From: the human T2T-CHM13v2.0 reference genome, Homo sapiens
Direction: 5' to 3' (one strand)
NCBI RefSeq assembly: GCF_009914755.1
Contig: NC_060944.1
Length of the DNA: 64,000 nt
Made by a program: the position numbers and the translations under genes. The notes under the pieces were generated by a model, which saw only the letters and a program-made list of their open reading frames with translations, did no database searches and was not told where the DNA came from. Positions 47,133 through 61,149 of the stretch are shown here, piece by piece. Position 1 is the first letter of the stretch. Each line of letters starts with the position of its first letter.

Positions 47133-48846
47133 GAGTGGATTCTGGTTGCCAGAGAAAGTTCTTAAGCAAGGATATGCAGTTTCTGGCAGTTGAAACTCAG
47201 ACTGGCATGCGCCAAAAGGGTAAGGCTTGAGAGAAAATAGGCGAGGCACCATCTGCTCACCACATTGGACATAAGCATACGTGCTAGTGTCTAAATAGCA
47301 TCCATAATATTTGTAACTGGCCATGAATACCTTGGCTTACACTGACTAGCTCAGGGATGGGTATACGACAGTCAGACTCAGGGTGTCAGTTTTGGTTTTT
47401 CCCTGGAGTTATTGAGAATGATGTGTTTTCTTTTGACCTCAGTTTCTACATTGGAATTATTTAAACCTGAGACAAACTTTCCTGATCTCAGGTAAGAAAT
47501 CTCATATAGCATGAGCATCTTAGAATTCTGCCTACTACACAATCTTAGGAAGGAGCTGAAGAAGGGAGGGGTTGGGATTAGGAGAGGCCAAACAATTATT
47601 GCCAAAGAGTGAGCAGTACTTTTGCACCACTGAATTGTAACATAGATACAATTTACAACCTCACTAGGTACTAGCTAGATAACAGATAACTCTCTTACTA
47701 CGTAGTTAGCACTTTATTGGCTTGAAAGCAGTAGGCAATCTCACAAGGTATGAAAACTATTTCTGTATTAAAGCAAAGATGGCAGGCCTAGGGGTGGGCA
47801 GAGGAGGGGTCTGTCTCATTAAATGCTCAGTTTTAATGGTACTAAACAGGCAAAAGAAATCAACTATACAAAAGGGAGGCCTGTGATTGACACCAGCTTC
47901 CCCCATTTTTCCAGGGCCCCCCAGGAGTGATACACAGATATGTGTAGCAATGAGGGGTTGTCACACTGTGTCAAAGGAAATGTCGTCTGCCGCTCAGAGC
48001 GGAAGGTTTTAGAGCTAAAGAAAACACACCTGGGGTGCAATATACATACTGAGGCTGGCACTAAATCAAAGCATATTAGAGGAGTTTTTGCAGAAGTGAG
48101 GCTGGTCTGAGCACTGTCAGTTTCTCTGGGTTCCCAACCAGGCATGTTACAGAAGAAATTCATATCAGCCATGTGGACAATTCATCTGTTGGTCTCAAAG
48201 CAACTGCCAAACTGTCTTTGGTACATGACAGCAGGAAGAAATTTCCTTCTCAAATCAATGATTCAAATACAGGGACTCACTGGATTGGTTAAAGAGGGAC
48301 GAAGAGTAAAGGAGATGAAGATGTGGAGACCCGTGATGTGAAAGGCGGAAGGAGCTAAGGGAGATCTGATGAAGACAATTAAATGAACTTTAAGCGGCTC
48401 ATAGAGACACCTCTGGAGATTTCAGATAAGTCACCTGTCAAAAGTCATTTTCTTACAGGACACAGTTCACTCCCTATTGATTATGACAGGCTTACACTTG
48501 ATTCCAAGCCCTGTTTCCAAACTTGATTTTTATCTTTGTTTCTTAAAGCATCAGCTTATCTCAGATAAAGGTAGAGTCTCTCTACACTTGTGATATTTAA
48601 CATTTTTTTTTCTTTTTTTGCCACTGTAACACTTAAATTCACCCTTGCCAATTTACTTTTTAAAACCAGCTCTGTGGACATATCCACAAAGAATGTACAG
48701 ACAATGGGCACAACCATGGCAGGTCTGAGGGCTGTCACATTGTTACCACATAATTACTGTTTGCTGGAACGCCACTTAGAGTACATGCAGCCTGTAACCA
48801 GTTTGCTAAATAAATAACCCTTTTTAATTTAAAAAACAATTTCTCG

Positions 48847-49135
48847 GCCAGGCGTAGTGTCTCACACCTGTAATCTCAGCACTTTGGGAGGCTGAGGCAG
48901 GTGGATAACGAGTTCAAGAGATGGAGACCATCCTGGTCAACATGGTGAAACCCCGTCTCTACTAAAACTACAAAAATTAGCTGGGCATGGTGGCACGTGC
49001 CTGCAGTCCCAGCTACTCGGAAGGCTTGAGCCCGGGAGGCAGAGGTTGCAGTGAGCTGAGATCACGCCACTGCACTCCAGCCTGGCGACAGAGCGAGACT
49101 CTGTCTCAAAAAAAAAAAATAAAAAAACAGAAAAA
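48847..49135 (+). mobile_element. AluSc-like with a right-arm internal deletion
   Basis: cctggcgacagagc diagnostic; lacks ~17 bp around gcaggagaatc. Confidence 0.85.
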
Positions 49136-50329
49136 ACCTCAAACATTAAGGCATTAGCAGACGAGCATTATCAAATAACGTGATCTTTTTTATCTCCCAA
49201 TTTTTATTTTTTCTTTTGAAACAAAAAAATACTGCTTTTGTAATGTGAAACCACTGTATATACATATGTAGAATTCAATTTAAAAAGCATGTGTACTCTA
49301 TTATGTTACATTTTTTCATGATACATCTACTTTATGTGTCTATTTCCATGAATATAGACCTATATTAATGACTGTATACCAGTCATTACATTCATTGAAA
49401 AAATTATTTTAACCAATGATTTATTGATAGATTTATTTATCTTTTGAACAACAATACAATGAAAATTTCTATATGTGCATTTTTGGGCACTGCCATTTTA
49501 TTTCCTTAGAAAAGCATTTCTAAAAGGGAAATAGTTGGAAAAGAGCGTACATGTAAATTACATTCTAATATCTCTTGGCGAATGAGCCTACAGAGAGATT
49601 GTTCCATCCATCAATAGCATATGAAGCTGCCTGCTTCATTTGAATCATCTGAGAAATGCTAAAAATAACAATTCTGTTCCTCTTCCCTCCCACCACCAGG
49701 TGGGTCAAATGCTCAGGAAAAGTAGAAAATTGCAATGGTAGTATCCACATTTTCAATAGTTTACAGCTTTATCTTCAGTGTGCCTTTGATGAAATGACTG
49801 GAGTTGGCAAAAGTTTGGGTGGTAGGATGGGGTGTGGTAATGTTGGTAGTGCTGGTGATGCTTAAAGTACAAAAATTATTGCTCAAAATTAATCTGAAGG
49901 CTTTATCTGAGAAGAAAAGTATAACAGGGAAGTTAGGAAAGCAAATCCTACTAGTTCTCAAGTTTTTTCATCATATTGTCATCAGTTATCAAGAACATCC
50001 CAGTCACTAAAAAATTTTCAGACTTTATAATTCTTGTATTGGCTTTCCTTTTGATATGTGCCTAATTATATAAATATTTGGCCAAAATAGAAATAAAACT
50101 GACGCTGTAAATATCTATATAAGTACAACATACATACTCTCAGCTAAATTACCTGGAATATCTTCTGGAAATTGAGTATATGTATCTTTTGAATTAATAT
50201 GTGATAAAATTTTTTTACAAATGATTCAATTTTCTTATTATAGTTAAGTACTAAGAGATTATGCATAAGAATGGTACTGCTGCATACTTTGGACTTTACT
50301 ATATAAGAAACAAATATATTTTTTAAATA

Positions 50330-51340
50330 AAATTTTAAGTTAAAATCCTGAAACCATATTGTTTAATTGTTAAAAATACTGTCATAGACTTTCCAAAGTA
50401 GAAAACTTAAAAGTTTCATAAACATAGATGAAAATTATCATAACCACAGGAGAGGCAAAACATTTTTAGATAGGGTAAACACACACAAAAAACTAGAAAA
50501 TAAAAAGATAAATTGGACTTCCTCAAAATTTAAACCATATGCCCTTGAAAGAGACCATTAGGAAAATGAAAATCTTAGACACAGATTGGGGAAAAATATT
50601 TGCAATGCCTGTATTTGAAAACATCTTACATTTAGAGTATAAAAATGAATTCTTAAAATTCAATAAGATGACCAACAACGGAATTTTTTAAATGAGCAAA
50701 ATATTTTAAAAGACCTTTTACAAAACAAAATACATAAATGGCCTATATATATTATACATAACGGGATGGTCAAAATCATTTCTTATTAGAGGAATACAAA
50801 CTAAAATCACTTTGAGATACCACTAAACACCCTTTAGAAGGGTTAACACTAGAAAAGACACACAGTACTAAGTGTTAACAATGACATGGGGCAACTAGAA
50901 CTTTCATATGTTGTTGGGGGGAATGTAAAATGACACAACCACTTTTGAAAGCAGGTTTGACAGTTTCATATAAAGTTTATGCATTAACCATATCATTCCA
51001 CAATTCTGTTCTATGCATTTACTCAAGAAAAATGAAAACATAGATTTTTACATGATTATTCATTGCAGCCTTATTCATATCCAAGGAATGGAAATAAGTG
51101 CAAACATTCCTCAACAGGAAATAAAGGATTTTGCTTCATCTATACGATGAGATATCACTCAGCATTAAAAAAGGAATGAACTTCTGATATATACAACTAC
51201 ATGGCGAACTTCAAAACTCAAACACATTATGCTGAATGAAATAAACCAGACATAAAACCGTGATTTTATTTATATGAAATTCCAAAAAAAGAAACCTTTA
51301 CCTAGTGTTACAGAAAACAGACTACCAGTTGACTGTGAAT
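50330..51340 (+). mobile_element. Old L1M(C/E) 3' region
   Basis: Degraded ORF2 tail and 3'UTR motifs (aaattggacttcctcaaaatt, attatgctgaatgaaa). Confidence 0.65.
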
Positions 51341-53000
51341 GATGTTGAATATTTCAAATGTGTTTTCTGCATCAATTGAGTTGACATGTGGTTTTGTTAT
51401 TTCATTCTGTTACTGTAGTATATTTCACTGATCAGTTTCTTACGTTGAACCATCCTTATTTTCCAGAAATAAGTCCTACTTTGCCATGTTGTATAATCCT
51501 TTTAATATGCTGCTAAATTTGACTTGATAATATTTGTTAAAGATTTTTGCATTGATGTTCTTATGGGATGTTGCTCTGTAGTTTTCTTTTCCTATAGCTT
51601 TTTGTCTGGCTTTGATATCAGGGCAATGCTGGCCTCATAGAATCAATTAGACAGTGTTCTCTTAAATTTTAGGACAAAATTTGAGAAGGATTAATGACAG
51701 TTCTTTAAATATTTGGTAGTAATGAGGGCTTCTCTTTTTTGGGAGATTTTTGATTTCTGATTCAATCTTTCTTACCAGTTGCCCAGTTTGTTGCCGTACA
51801 ATTGTTCATAACTATCTTAGATTTAAAATCTGTAAAATCTGTAGTAATAGCCTCAATATCATTTCTCATTTTAGTAATTTGGGTCTTCTTTCTCTTTTTA
51901 TTAGTCAATAAAGCTAAAAGTTTGTCAGTTTGTAGCTTGTTTTTGAAAAAACAACTTTTGGGTTTATTCACTTTCTGTATTTTTTGCTCTTCTCTATTTC
52001 ATTTTTCACTGCTTAATCTTTATTTTCCTCCCTTTTGATAACCATGGGTTTGGTTTGTTCTATTTCTAGTTCTTCAAGTTGTAGGGTTTGTTTGTCAAGT
52101 TAAGGTCTTTGTTGTTTTTTAATGTAAGCATTGAAAGCTATAAATTTACCCCATAGTGCTGCTTTCTCTGTGACTCATATTTTGTTATGTTGTATTTTAT
52201 GTATCATTCATCTCTAAGTATTTTCTAATTTTCCTTCTGATTTTTTCTTTGATCTATTGGATGTTTAAGAGTGTTTTGCTCAATTTATACAAATTTGTAA
52301 AATTTTCTGTTTTCCTTCTTTTATTGATTTATAACTTTATCCTGTTGCAGTTGCAGAAGATACTTGGTATAATATCTGCCTTTTAAAATTGATACAGATG
52401 TAATTTTTGGCCTAACATATTTTCTATCCTGGAGAATGTCTTGTGCACATTTGAGAATAATGTGTATTCTGTTATACATAATTTATGTTGTTATTGTGTA
52501 TATATTTGTTAGATCTAGTCGGTTTATTGTGTTGTCCAAGTTTTTAATTTTCTTATTTATTTTGTATGATTGTTCTATTCACTATTGAGAGTGGAATATT
52601 GAAGTCTCCAATTTTATTTTGGAAATATCATTTCTTCAATTCTGTCAAATGTTTGTTTATTTGGATGGTCTAGTATTAGGTGTGCATATATTTATAATTA
52701 ATTGCTTTATCTCCTTGTTGCATTGTACATTTTATTACTATTCAGTACTCTTCTTTGTTTCTGATAACCTTTCCAGCTCTAATGTCTCATTTTATCTGAC
52801 ATTAATATTGCCACCCCTGCTCTCTTTTGATTAATATTTGCAAGGAGATCTTTTCATGTTTTTCCACTTTCAACTATTTATGTATTTGGATCTCAAGTGA
52901 GTTGCTTGTAGGTGGCATATAGTTTGATCATTTCTTAAAAATATAGTCTGCCAATCTCTGTCTTTTAACAGGAGAGTTGAATCCATTTACATTTAATCAC
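51341..53000 (-). mobile_element. Old L1M ORF2 fragment
   Basis: ORF 51762..51971 resembles ORF2 (KSCFF...DKLLALLT.KKRKKTQITK); ttgatatcagggcaatgctggcctcatag. Confidence 0.75.
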
Positions 53001-53659
53001 TGAAAAAGAGATGCTCAGTTCTGATAAATGTAGTAAATATTTTTATTAAATTTGATAATAAATGTTAAAATATCTAGTTGGGATTGACGTTTTCTAATGT
53101 GCCGATCAGATGTAGTTTAGTATTTGCATAATAAATTTAAATTGACTATTTTACTCCTTGGGGTGATTTCCTTTTCAATATCCTTCGACTCACAGTAGAT
53201 TTAATAGAACAGCCTTCAGCATTGACTTATTCCAGTATTCTTGTTATTATTATTATTATTAATTTTTTGTATTCTTTTAGCTGTGTTCTCCTCTCTACTT
53301 TGTCACCCTTGACTTCCCTGGCAGGAAAGAATTGTTGGAACATTTCTGAGGTTTGCATCCACATACCCTCATAATTATCAGAAGAGCAAATGCCTTTTCT
53401 GGCAGCTTTGTTAGATTTTCCAAGATTCTTTATTGGAATTTACTCAGAAAATATCTTTTCATATGTAGATGGCCCATATTAGGGCACATGCTCCTTCCTG
53501 AACCAATCCCTGAAGTCAGGGAAGGTGATGTGCTCTTATTGGCTTAGGCCTGGATGACAATCAGTATGGAAGGTGGAAGTAGAATTCCTGGAAGAACAAC
53601 CAAGCCAATCCTCAAAGCATCTGAAGGGCTGGATCTTTCTAAAGTACATGCTTCTGGCT

Positions 53660-54070
53660 CAGCTGGTTCTCTCAAATATAATCTCACCAGGCAAAAATCA
53701 AGGAAGGGGTTGGCAGGGCTGTGATCTTGTCAGGAGGCTCTGGGATGAATCCAATTCCAATCTCATTCAAGTTTTTGGCAGAAGTTGGTCTCAACCAGTT
53801 GTAGGACTGAAGTCCCCATTACCTTGCTGGCTGTCAGTCGGGGACTGTTCTCAACTTCTAGTTGCTGCCTGCATTTCTTGACTCATAGCCTCACTTTTTT
53901 TCTATCTTCAAAGCCACATCTAGAATCTTTCTCATGGTCTGGATCTCCCTGACCTCCTGTCTTTTCTTCTATGCAATCCTGCTTATCTGTCTTCTCTTTC
54001 TGTATCACAAGGATCATGTGATTACATTAGCTCCACTTCTATAATCCAGGATAACCTCCCTATCTAAATT
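53660..54070 (-). mobile_element. MLT1-family LTR fragment
   Basis: aatcaagg...ggcagggctg...ggaggctctggg...ttgtaggactgaagtcccc...ataatccaggataa. Confidence 0.6.
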
Positions 54071-54236
54071 CATGGGTAGTATCCTCACTTTCAACTGCAA
54101 ACTCCCTTCAGAAGAGGATGCAGTGCTTTCTGAAGGGTCTAAGTATAAAACCTCAAAGATACTTTTTTAATTTTTAAAATGTTTAAATAAAAATATATCT
54201 GGCTTTAAAAATAATGTGGGTTATAACGTATACTCT

Positions 54237-54528
54237 GGTTGGGCATGGTGGCTCATGCCTGTAATCTCAACACTTTGGGAGGCTAAAGCAGGAGGACTGC
54301 TTGAAGCCAGGAGTTAGAGAGCAGCTCGGGCAACATAATGAGACCCTATCTCTAAAAGACATTTAAAAAATTAGTCTGGCATGGTGGTGTACACCTATGG
54401 TTCCAGCAACTCTAGAGGGAGGATGTCTTGAGCTCAGGAGTTCAAGGCTGCGGTGAGCTATGACTGTGCCACTGCATTCCAGCTTGGGGCATGAGTGAAA
54501 CCCTGTCTCTAAAAAATAAAAATAATAT
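54237..54528 (+). mobile_element. AluJ-type SINE
   Basis: Dimer; near-TSD aacgtatactct / aaagtacactct. Confidence 0.88.
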
Positions 54529-54599
54529 AAAAGTACACTCTGGACGTTACAAGTATTTTTCTGCAATTAGTCCTAGAAAAATACAATTATTGAAATAGA

Positions 54600-54950
54600 T
54601 TTTCATATTCTCCATTCAGAAAATAAAGTATATAGAGCCCCTACTCTGTGTCAGAGTTTTCTAGGGAATATGTTTGTGAAAAAATAACCCTGCTCTCATA
54701 GATTTTACATTTTATTATGGGAAGGGGAAAATAGACAGTGAAAATAATATATAAGTAAATGTATGTATTATAAAAAAATAAAAAGAGCTAGTTGATGGGC
54801 ACTGAGAGTTCTGGCTGGAAGATGGGGAGCTATAATTTTAAATAAAATGGTCAGGACAGATCTCGCAGAAAAGGTGAACATTCGAACACAGACCCGAGTG
54901 AGGTGAAGGGGCAGCCATGTATATACTTGTGGGAAAAGCTTTCCGAGCAA
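54600..54950. mobile_element. L2 relic
   Basis: ctactctgtgtcag...ccctgctctcatag...aaatggtcaggac...aaggtgaacatt. Confidence 0.55.
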
Positions 54951-55858
54951 AACTTCCCCACACACCTTTATATTGCACCCTGTAGCTACTCAGTCTTCAG
55001 CCATAAAATCTATGAAGGCTTTTAAACATCAGTCACGTTATGGGAGGCTTCAGTAAGAAATATCTTGGAAATAATAGTGGAATTCTATGAGAAGTTAGAG
55101 TGTTTTCTGTGGGGCACAGAAATAAATGTCTATTTATAATGCATTGACATGTGTATTCAAATAGTTTTTTTTTCATTCTTGAAGAACTATCAAGAAAAGT
55201 TATATATAAATCTGCTCTCTTCCCGAATATATTTAACTTTCAAGTTGTTCATGCAGATTCTCAAGAAAATTGCCCCAGAAAAGAAGCAGGGTGTTAAAGC
55301 TAAATAGTAACAAAGCCAGTGATAACATTGTACTTCCCTTGGTTAAAGAGAAAACTCATATCACAGAAATGGATAGCCTCCTTGATGAATTTCTACATTT
55401 TGATTTATATCAATTGCATTGTAGGTAAGGTGGGGTGGGAAAAGAGGACAGACCAATAGAAGAGGAAACAAGCTAGTTTAGAGAAATTTGTGATTCCACC
55501 ATTTGAGAAATAAATGCATATGGAGGAAAAAAAAAGCAATGCTCATCAAAAGGCACCATAAAACCACATTATGGAAAGAATATGCTTGTCTATTTCTTTC
55601 AAGAATGAATGAGTAACTGGTACTGTAATTCCACAACATTTCCCCCCCCCAATTTTTTTTTCCTGGAAATCCTAATTATGTATGGAGGTTTCAGATCTGT
55701 GCCCCAGCCATTGTCTTCAGCATATCATGTTAGGGTGGGGTGTCCAGAGCAAATAGGAAGATGATTCAGTTTACGAATATTAGTTGACTTCTATATAGAT
55801 AGAAATTAGTTCTCCTGCTCAAAGCAGAATATTCCCCTTCCAGCTCCACTGAAAGGGG

Positions 55859-55860
<2 letters not shown>

Positions 55861-55892
<32 letters not shown>
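55861..55892. repeat. (AC)16 microsatellite
   Basis: Uninterrupted run. Confidence 0.98.
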
Positions 55893-55895
<3 letters not shown>

Positions 55896-55981
55896 TCAAA
55901 AGCACAGATATTTATTCCTCTCACTTAAAAGACAGATAGTGGTATTAAGACAAGACTGGTTGGGTGTTCCGGCAAGTCAGG

Positions 55982-56022
55982 CACTGACGCCGTTTCTCCC
56001 TTTTTGCTTCTCTGATTCTCAG
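55982..56022 (+). promoter_or_regulatory. Consensus-like 3' splice site (branch point, pyrimidine tract, AG)
   Basis: cactgAc at 55982-55988, ~30-nt pyrimidine-rich tract with no AG, ends ctcag at 56022. Confidence 0.4.
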
Positions 56023-58494
56023 CCCTGGTTCTCAAATTCACGGTCCAAGATGGCTTACTGAGTTCTGATCATCATATTTGCACATCTGTTAGCAGAAGCC
56101 CACATCCTCAAATTCACATATCTTTATAACATCTTCGAAGGAAATGCGCAGCATTTCCATCTTTATCATTTTGGTTATGGCTTAGTGATACAGACTTCGC
56201 TCTGTATTTTAGGGAATGCTGTGTCCAGATCATACTGCAAATCAAGATGTTTACGATGAAGGATGAGTGGGTCCATGACTACTAGGGGAGGGCAGCTGGA
56301 AACTGAGCTCTTAAAAGGTTCTCTATGCTACTGATAAGAGCGTTTTGTATGCTTACCCCCATGTGCCTATATACCCACACCTTACAAAAACATACTGAAT
56401 GTGATAGATGCATGCTATACTCTATCGCATTCCATATGTAACTGTATATAAATTTATAATAGAATAATGAAACAGGTAGTAACTTGGAGTATAGTATGTC
56501 ATCTCTGATTATTTATTGAATTGCCATTTAGTAAAAATTCAGTAGAATTTATACAAAGAGTAAAAGAAAATATTGACTGTTAACATCTTATAATTTTCTC
56601 TCTTCAAAATTTGTTTTCTCTAGTGACATAAGGTACAATAATAAGAAAGGCATTTTAATATTATTTTCAGTTCCTCCATATTTAATGTGCCTAAAAATTG
56701 ATTATTTCATTGTGCTCTCTCTTCCTCTATCTCTCTCTACCTCTCTCTTCCCCCATCCCTCTCCCTCCCATTTGCTTTCTTTTTTTCCTGTTCTGAACGG
56801 TTAGATTTACTTTATTTCCATTATTTTTACTGGACACTTATTTTTGTTTGCCATTTTTGTTTTGAAAAGTATAAAATCTAATTACAAGTTTAGGTCACCA
56901 AGAAAAGGGAATTGATATTTTTCACGATTTCTATTGTTTGAAGAGAATGAATTAACTGGATAAACTATACTTATATTGCTGTATTTCTGATCTGAATTCA
57001 TCAGAGAAATATGTATAATTTTTAGACAGAATTAGAAACTACAGTTAAAGATAATTCATCATACTAAGAGTGCTAAACTACAATATTTGCTACATTTACA
57101 TGGCACACTGTTTCTATATAATCAGTGGCCATTTTTGACAGGAGTGTGCTGATTAGGTAGAAATGTTTACAATCCAGTCATGGGTGAACACAGTGATATG
57201 ATCATGAAATGTCATTCATGTCAGTGTCGATGATTTGCGAAACTGTTCATTCTTGTGCAAACATTGATCAGTTAAGAAAACAGACATTGGCATTTGTCAT
57301 CTAGGGTTCAAATTACATCTTAACTATACATTTGATGTCTGCAATCTTGGAAAGTTTATTTGTCTATGCCTTAGGATGCCAATAAGTAAAGTCAACTTAA
57401 TGGTTTCTTTTTCTTCAGATAACTATGGCTCTAAATGTAAGACAAAGTGTACCATAGTTTACAACAATCACCAAGGCACATTACATATTGGAAAATCATT
57501 TATTAAACAAATGCTCTTTCAGGTTTTAGCCTTACAATATTTTATAGTGAGCAGGCATTTTCTAATGCATATTCTATTCTACACGAATATTTTATTTAAT
57601 AAAAATTGGATAATCCTAAAAATATACACTAAGTCTACAATTAAACTATATATATATATATAGTTTTTAATCCTACTATCTTTTTTCAATGAAACATTTA
57701 CCAGTGAGCTTCAACAGCCTGATCAGTTGAACAAATTAATAATTGAAAATATTGAAAATGAACAAAAGAGTGAAGTTCTTGAAAATGGCAACCCCTTCCC
57801 CCAAAATTGTTTTCGTAGAGATCCAGTCAGCAAATTCTAGAAGTCACTAGGGCTTTCTGTTGTGACTTCACAAATTTGCTTAAAACCTATGCCTACTCTT
57901 TAAAAAACTTGACACTTGACATTTTCTCAGTTTATAAGTGATTTGGGTAATAAAGCTGAAGGGAAATGAAATTTGTCAGCATGTTAAATGCTTTTGTCTC
58001 TCTGAATATAATAACCTATGCTGGTGGAATGGATGGTAATCACAGGCACATTTTTCTAATTTATCATTAAGTTATTTAAATCTCTTTTTGCAGTTTTATT
58101 TACTTCCTTTATTTGTTATCCTTGTGTCAAATTTAAAACTTTACATAGAATAAAACATATTTTTTATACTCTCTTTGACTAGCACTGCAGAGTTATGAGG
58201 TGAGAATATTTTGTAGCTCCTTCAACTCAAAATTTTATTTTTTTCCTGCAATAGATTTATTCAATGTCTCCTAGCATTTATAAGTTGAAATAAGGTTTAT
58301 TTGATATATTGTGATATATTTTGTTCACTGATAACATTTTGTCCAAGTCATAGTTTTAAATCACATTCAGAGAGGTAAGACACTTAAATGTCAGATATAT
58401 GAAGTAAGGTGAATCTTTGGAAAGCATGTTGGCAAAAGCTTCTATTTCACCTTAACATCAATGAAAAATTAATATGGGCTCCATGAGCAGAAGA

Positions 58495-58740
58495 GCAAGC
58501 GTGCTCTCTCCCTGTGTGCCAGACATCATTCACAGTGCTTTACATGAATCTCAAGGATATTATGCTAAGTGAATTTGTTTAATCCTCACAACAATCCTAA
58601 ATGGTAAGTACCATTATTATCATTATCCCCATTTTAATAGGTGAAGAGAGGAACAGGTAAGCTAAACAACATACCCAAGGTCACAGAGCCACTGAATGTA
58701 GTACCAACATTCAAACTCAGAATGTTGGTACCAGAATAAG
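58495..58740. mobile_element. MIR
   Basis: tttaatcctcacaacaatcct...ccccatttt...cccaaggtcacag...attcaaactcag. Confidence 0.7.
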
Positions 58741-59454
58741 ACCCTTTGCCTGTAAGCTGTGTTCATTCCCAATTTGCGTATCTGCCACATACAGCACAAA
58801 GAGACTTGACTTGTATCTGTAATGTATTATTTTTTAAAAAATGGAGGCAAATATTGTAAACTGTTGACATATTAATCTGAGTAGAGGGTAAATTAAGGCT
58901 TGATATGTTATTTTCTATTATGATCTACTATTTGAGGTATTTCATAATACAAAAAATGTTGAGAAACAAAATTAAATTTCCTATGCTGTAATGCAGATGT
59001 GGGGTCATCGTGGGGGTCATCTATCTTGAAGTCAGGGCCTGAGCATACTCAATTTGTGGCCCTGTCACTTCAACATGACATTCTTGCTTCCTGTTATTAT
59101 TTCACATGCAGTAATAGCCATTAAGCATTACAGCTTGTAATTATGGTGTTTATGGAGGAAGTCAAATGCAACATATGAAATAAAAGAAATTTGAGAAGTC
59201 TATAACTATATCCTTTGAGATTGCTAAGGGTCTGCTGTATTTTGCATCTACCCCCAACATGGAGAATTGAGTAGAATTTTCTAAAAGCTTCACTCTGCTT
59301 ATTAATGAGATAGAAAATCTGCTGCTTCACGCTGGCGCTATAGTCTATATTCATCTTGAAATAGGTAAGAAATGCTTCCTGCACTTATTGTCCTAGGAAG
59401 AGACAAATAAACCAGAGGGATTTTCTAGGAAAATAAGGACTTTAAAAATCAGAT

Positions 59455-59695
59455 TTTTTTATTTTTAAAATTTTTAAAAAAATATTTCAGTAGCTTTAGG
59501 GTACAGGTGGTTTTTGGTGACACGGATGGGTTGTATAGTGGCAATGTCTGTGCTTTTAGTGTACCCATCACTCAAATGGTGGCCATGGTACACATCAGGT
59601 AAATTCTTATCCCTCATCCCACTCCCAACCTCCCCCTTTCTGAATTTTCAGTGTCTATTACACTATTCTGTATGCTTTTGTGTACCCATAGCTTA
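59455..59695 (-). mobile_element. L1PB/L1MA1-like 3' fragment
   Basis: gggtacaggtggtttttggt...gtgtacccatcac; near-TSD containing aaaatcagat on both sides. Confidence 0.75.
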
Positions 59696-59719
59696 ATTCA
59701 AAATCAGATCTCTATGTAA

Positions 59720-60190
59720 CACTAGTCACAATAGTCAAGACATGGAAACAGTCCTTAAATATCCGTGACAGATGAACAGATAATAAAAATGAGGTATATA
59801 CCTACAATAGAATACCATTTAGCCTTAAAAAAGAAGCAGATTCTGCAATAAGTGACACAGGTGAAACTCAAGGACATTATGCTGAGTGAAATAAGTCAGT
59901 CATAGAATGACAAATACTGTATGATTACACTTATATGGGCTATTTAAAATGCTAACATTCATAAGCCAGAGTGCAATCTTGGTTGCCAAGGTCTGGTGGG
60001 AGGGAAAATGCTGTTACTAATCAACTGACATAAGATTTCATCAAAGCAAGATGAATAAGCTCTAGAGATCTGCTGTATGACATTAGACCTATAGTCAACA
60101 ATAATGTATTTCACAATTAAATCTCTTAAGACAGTAGATCTCCTGTTAAGTGTTCTTACCACAATCAAATCAAATTTATATTAAAAATAA
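59720..60190 (+). mobile_element. L1MA9/L1MB-like 3' fragment
   Basis: ggacattatgctgagtgaaataagtcag...tctagagatctgctgta...gttaagtgttcttaccac. Confidence 0.7.
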
Positions 60191-61149
60191 GATCTTTAGA
60201 TGCTGTATTCTCCCTCTGAGGAGCTGAAATAAAAGCAGTTTAGAAATACAAGTGAGGTTGATATTTAGCATATGAAAACATGAAAATTTGACTTTTGGCA
60301 TGAGAAGACAGTTGAATCTGACAGATTTTTTTCTTTTAAATGTGAAATAGTACTGGATGAATGTGAATTACCTGCTCTAGAAATTTAGATGTATATGTTA
60401 TTAAGCTGGATTTGTTATGACCTTAGCTGACAAAATAAACAGTTCTGTTGTGAATAAGTCTTAACTAAATGGAAACTGAAAATGCATTAAAGTGAAAAAG
60501 TTATACAATTACAAATTCAAGCTTCTCAAGAGTACTTAACATTCAGGGGTTTAAAATAGCAGTTTTCAAATGCGTTCATCCAACAGATACTTCTCCCCAT
60601 CTCCCATCTTTACAGCACCCCTTTCTAATATGTTTTTCCTTTTACTCCTGCTCTTTACTAACTATGAAAATATTAGGCTTTTTCAATGACCTGAGTTTGC
60701 CATTTACTTATTTGATTTTCCCTTAGCCAATTTTGAACATTCTTGCTTTTTAATTTCTTAACCTCTAAGATGATAGTATTATGTTCTAAACTTTAAAGGC
60801 CCATCTGATGCTAAACTTACATGATTCTCATTGTCTTCGGGCTGTGAAGGAAATGTTCTTGCAGCCAGCTATGCTGTAGTTATCACAGAATTAGCCATGG
60901 TCCCTCGTCCTACCTCTAAGGAAAGTGAATAACTCTGTGGAGTGAATAACTATTGTGTTTTATTATCATAATTAATTAATTAGAGTCTGCCTAGCATCTA
61001 TTCTCCCCTTTAATAGCAATGTCCCAATTGTTTTTCCATTGAGGAATAACCTGTCCTCCTACCTTTGATCTGTGTGATTTGACAGGCGGAGGTGGGCGCA
61101 GAAATTCAGATTAGAATTGAAGCCTTAATTTATTATAGCATTCCATATT

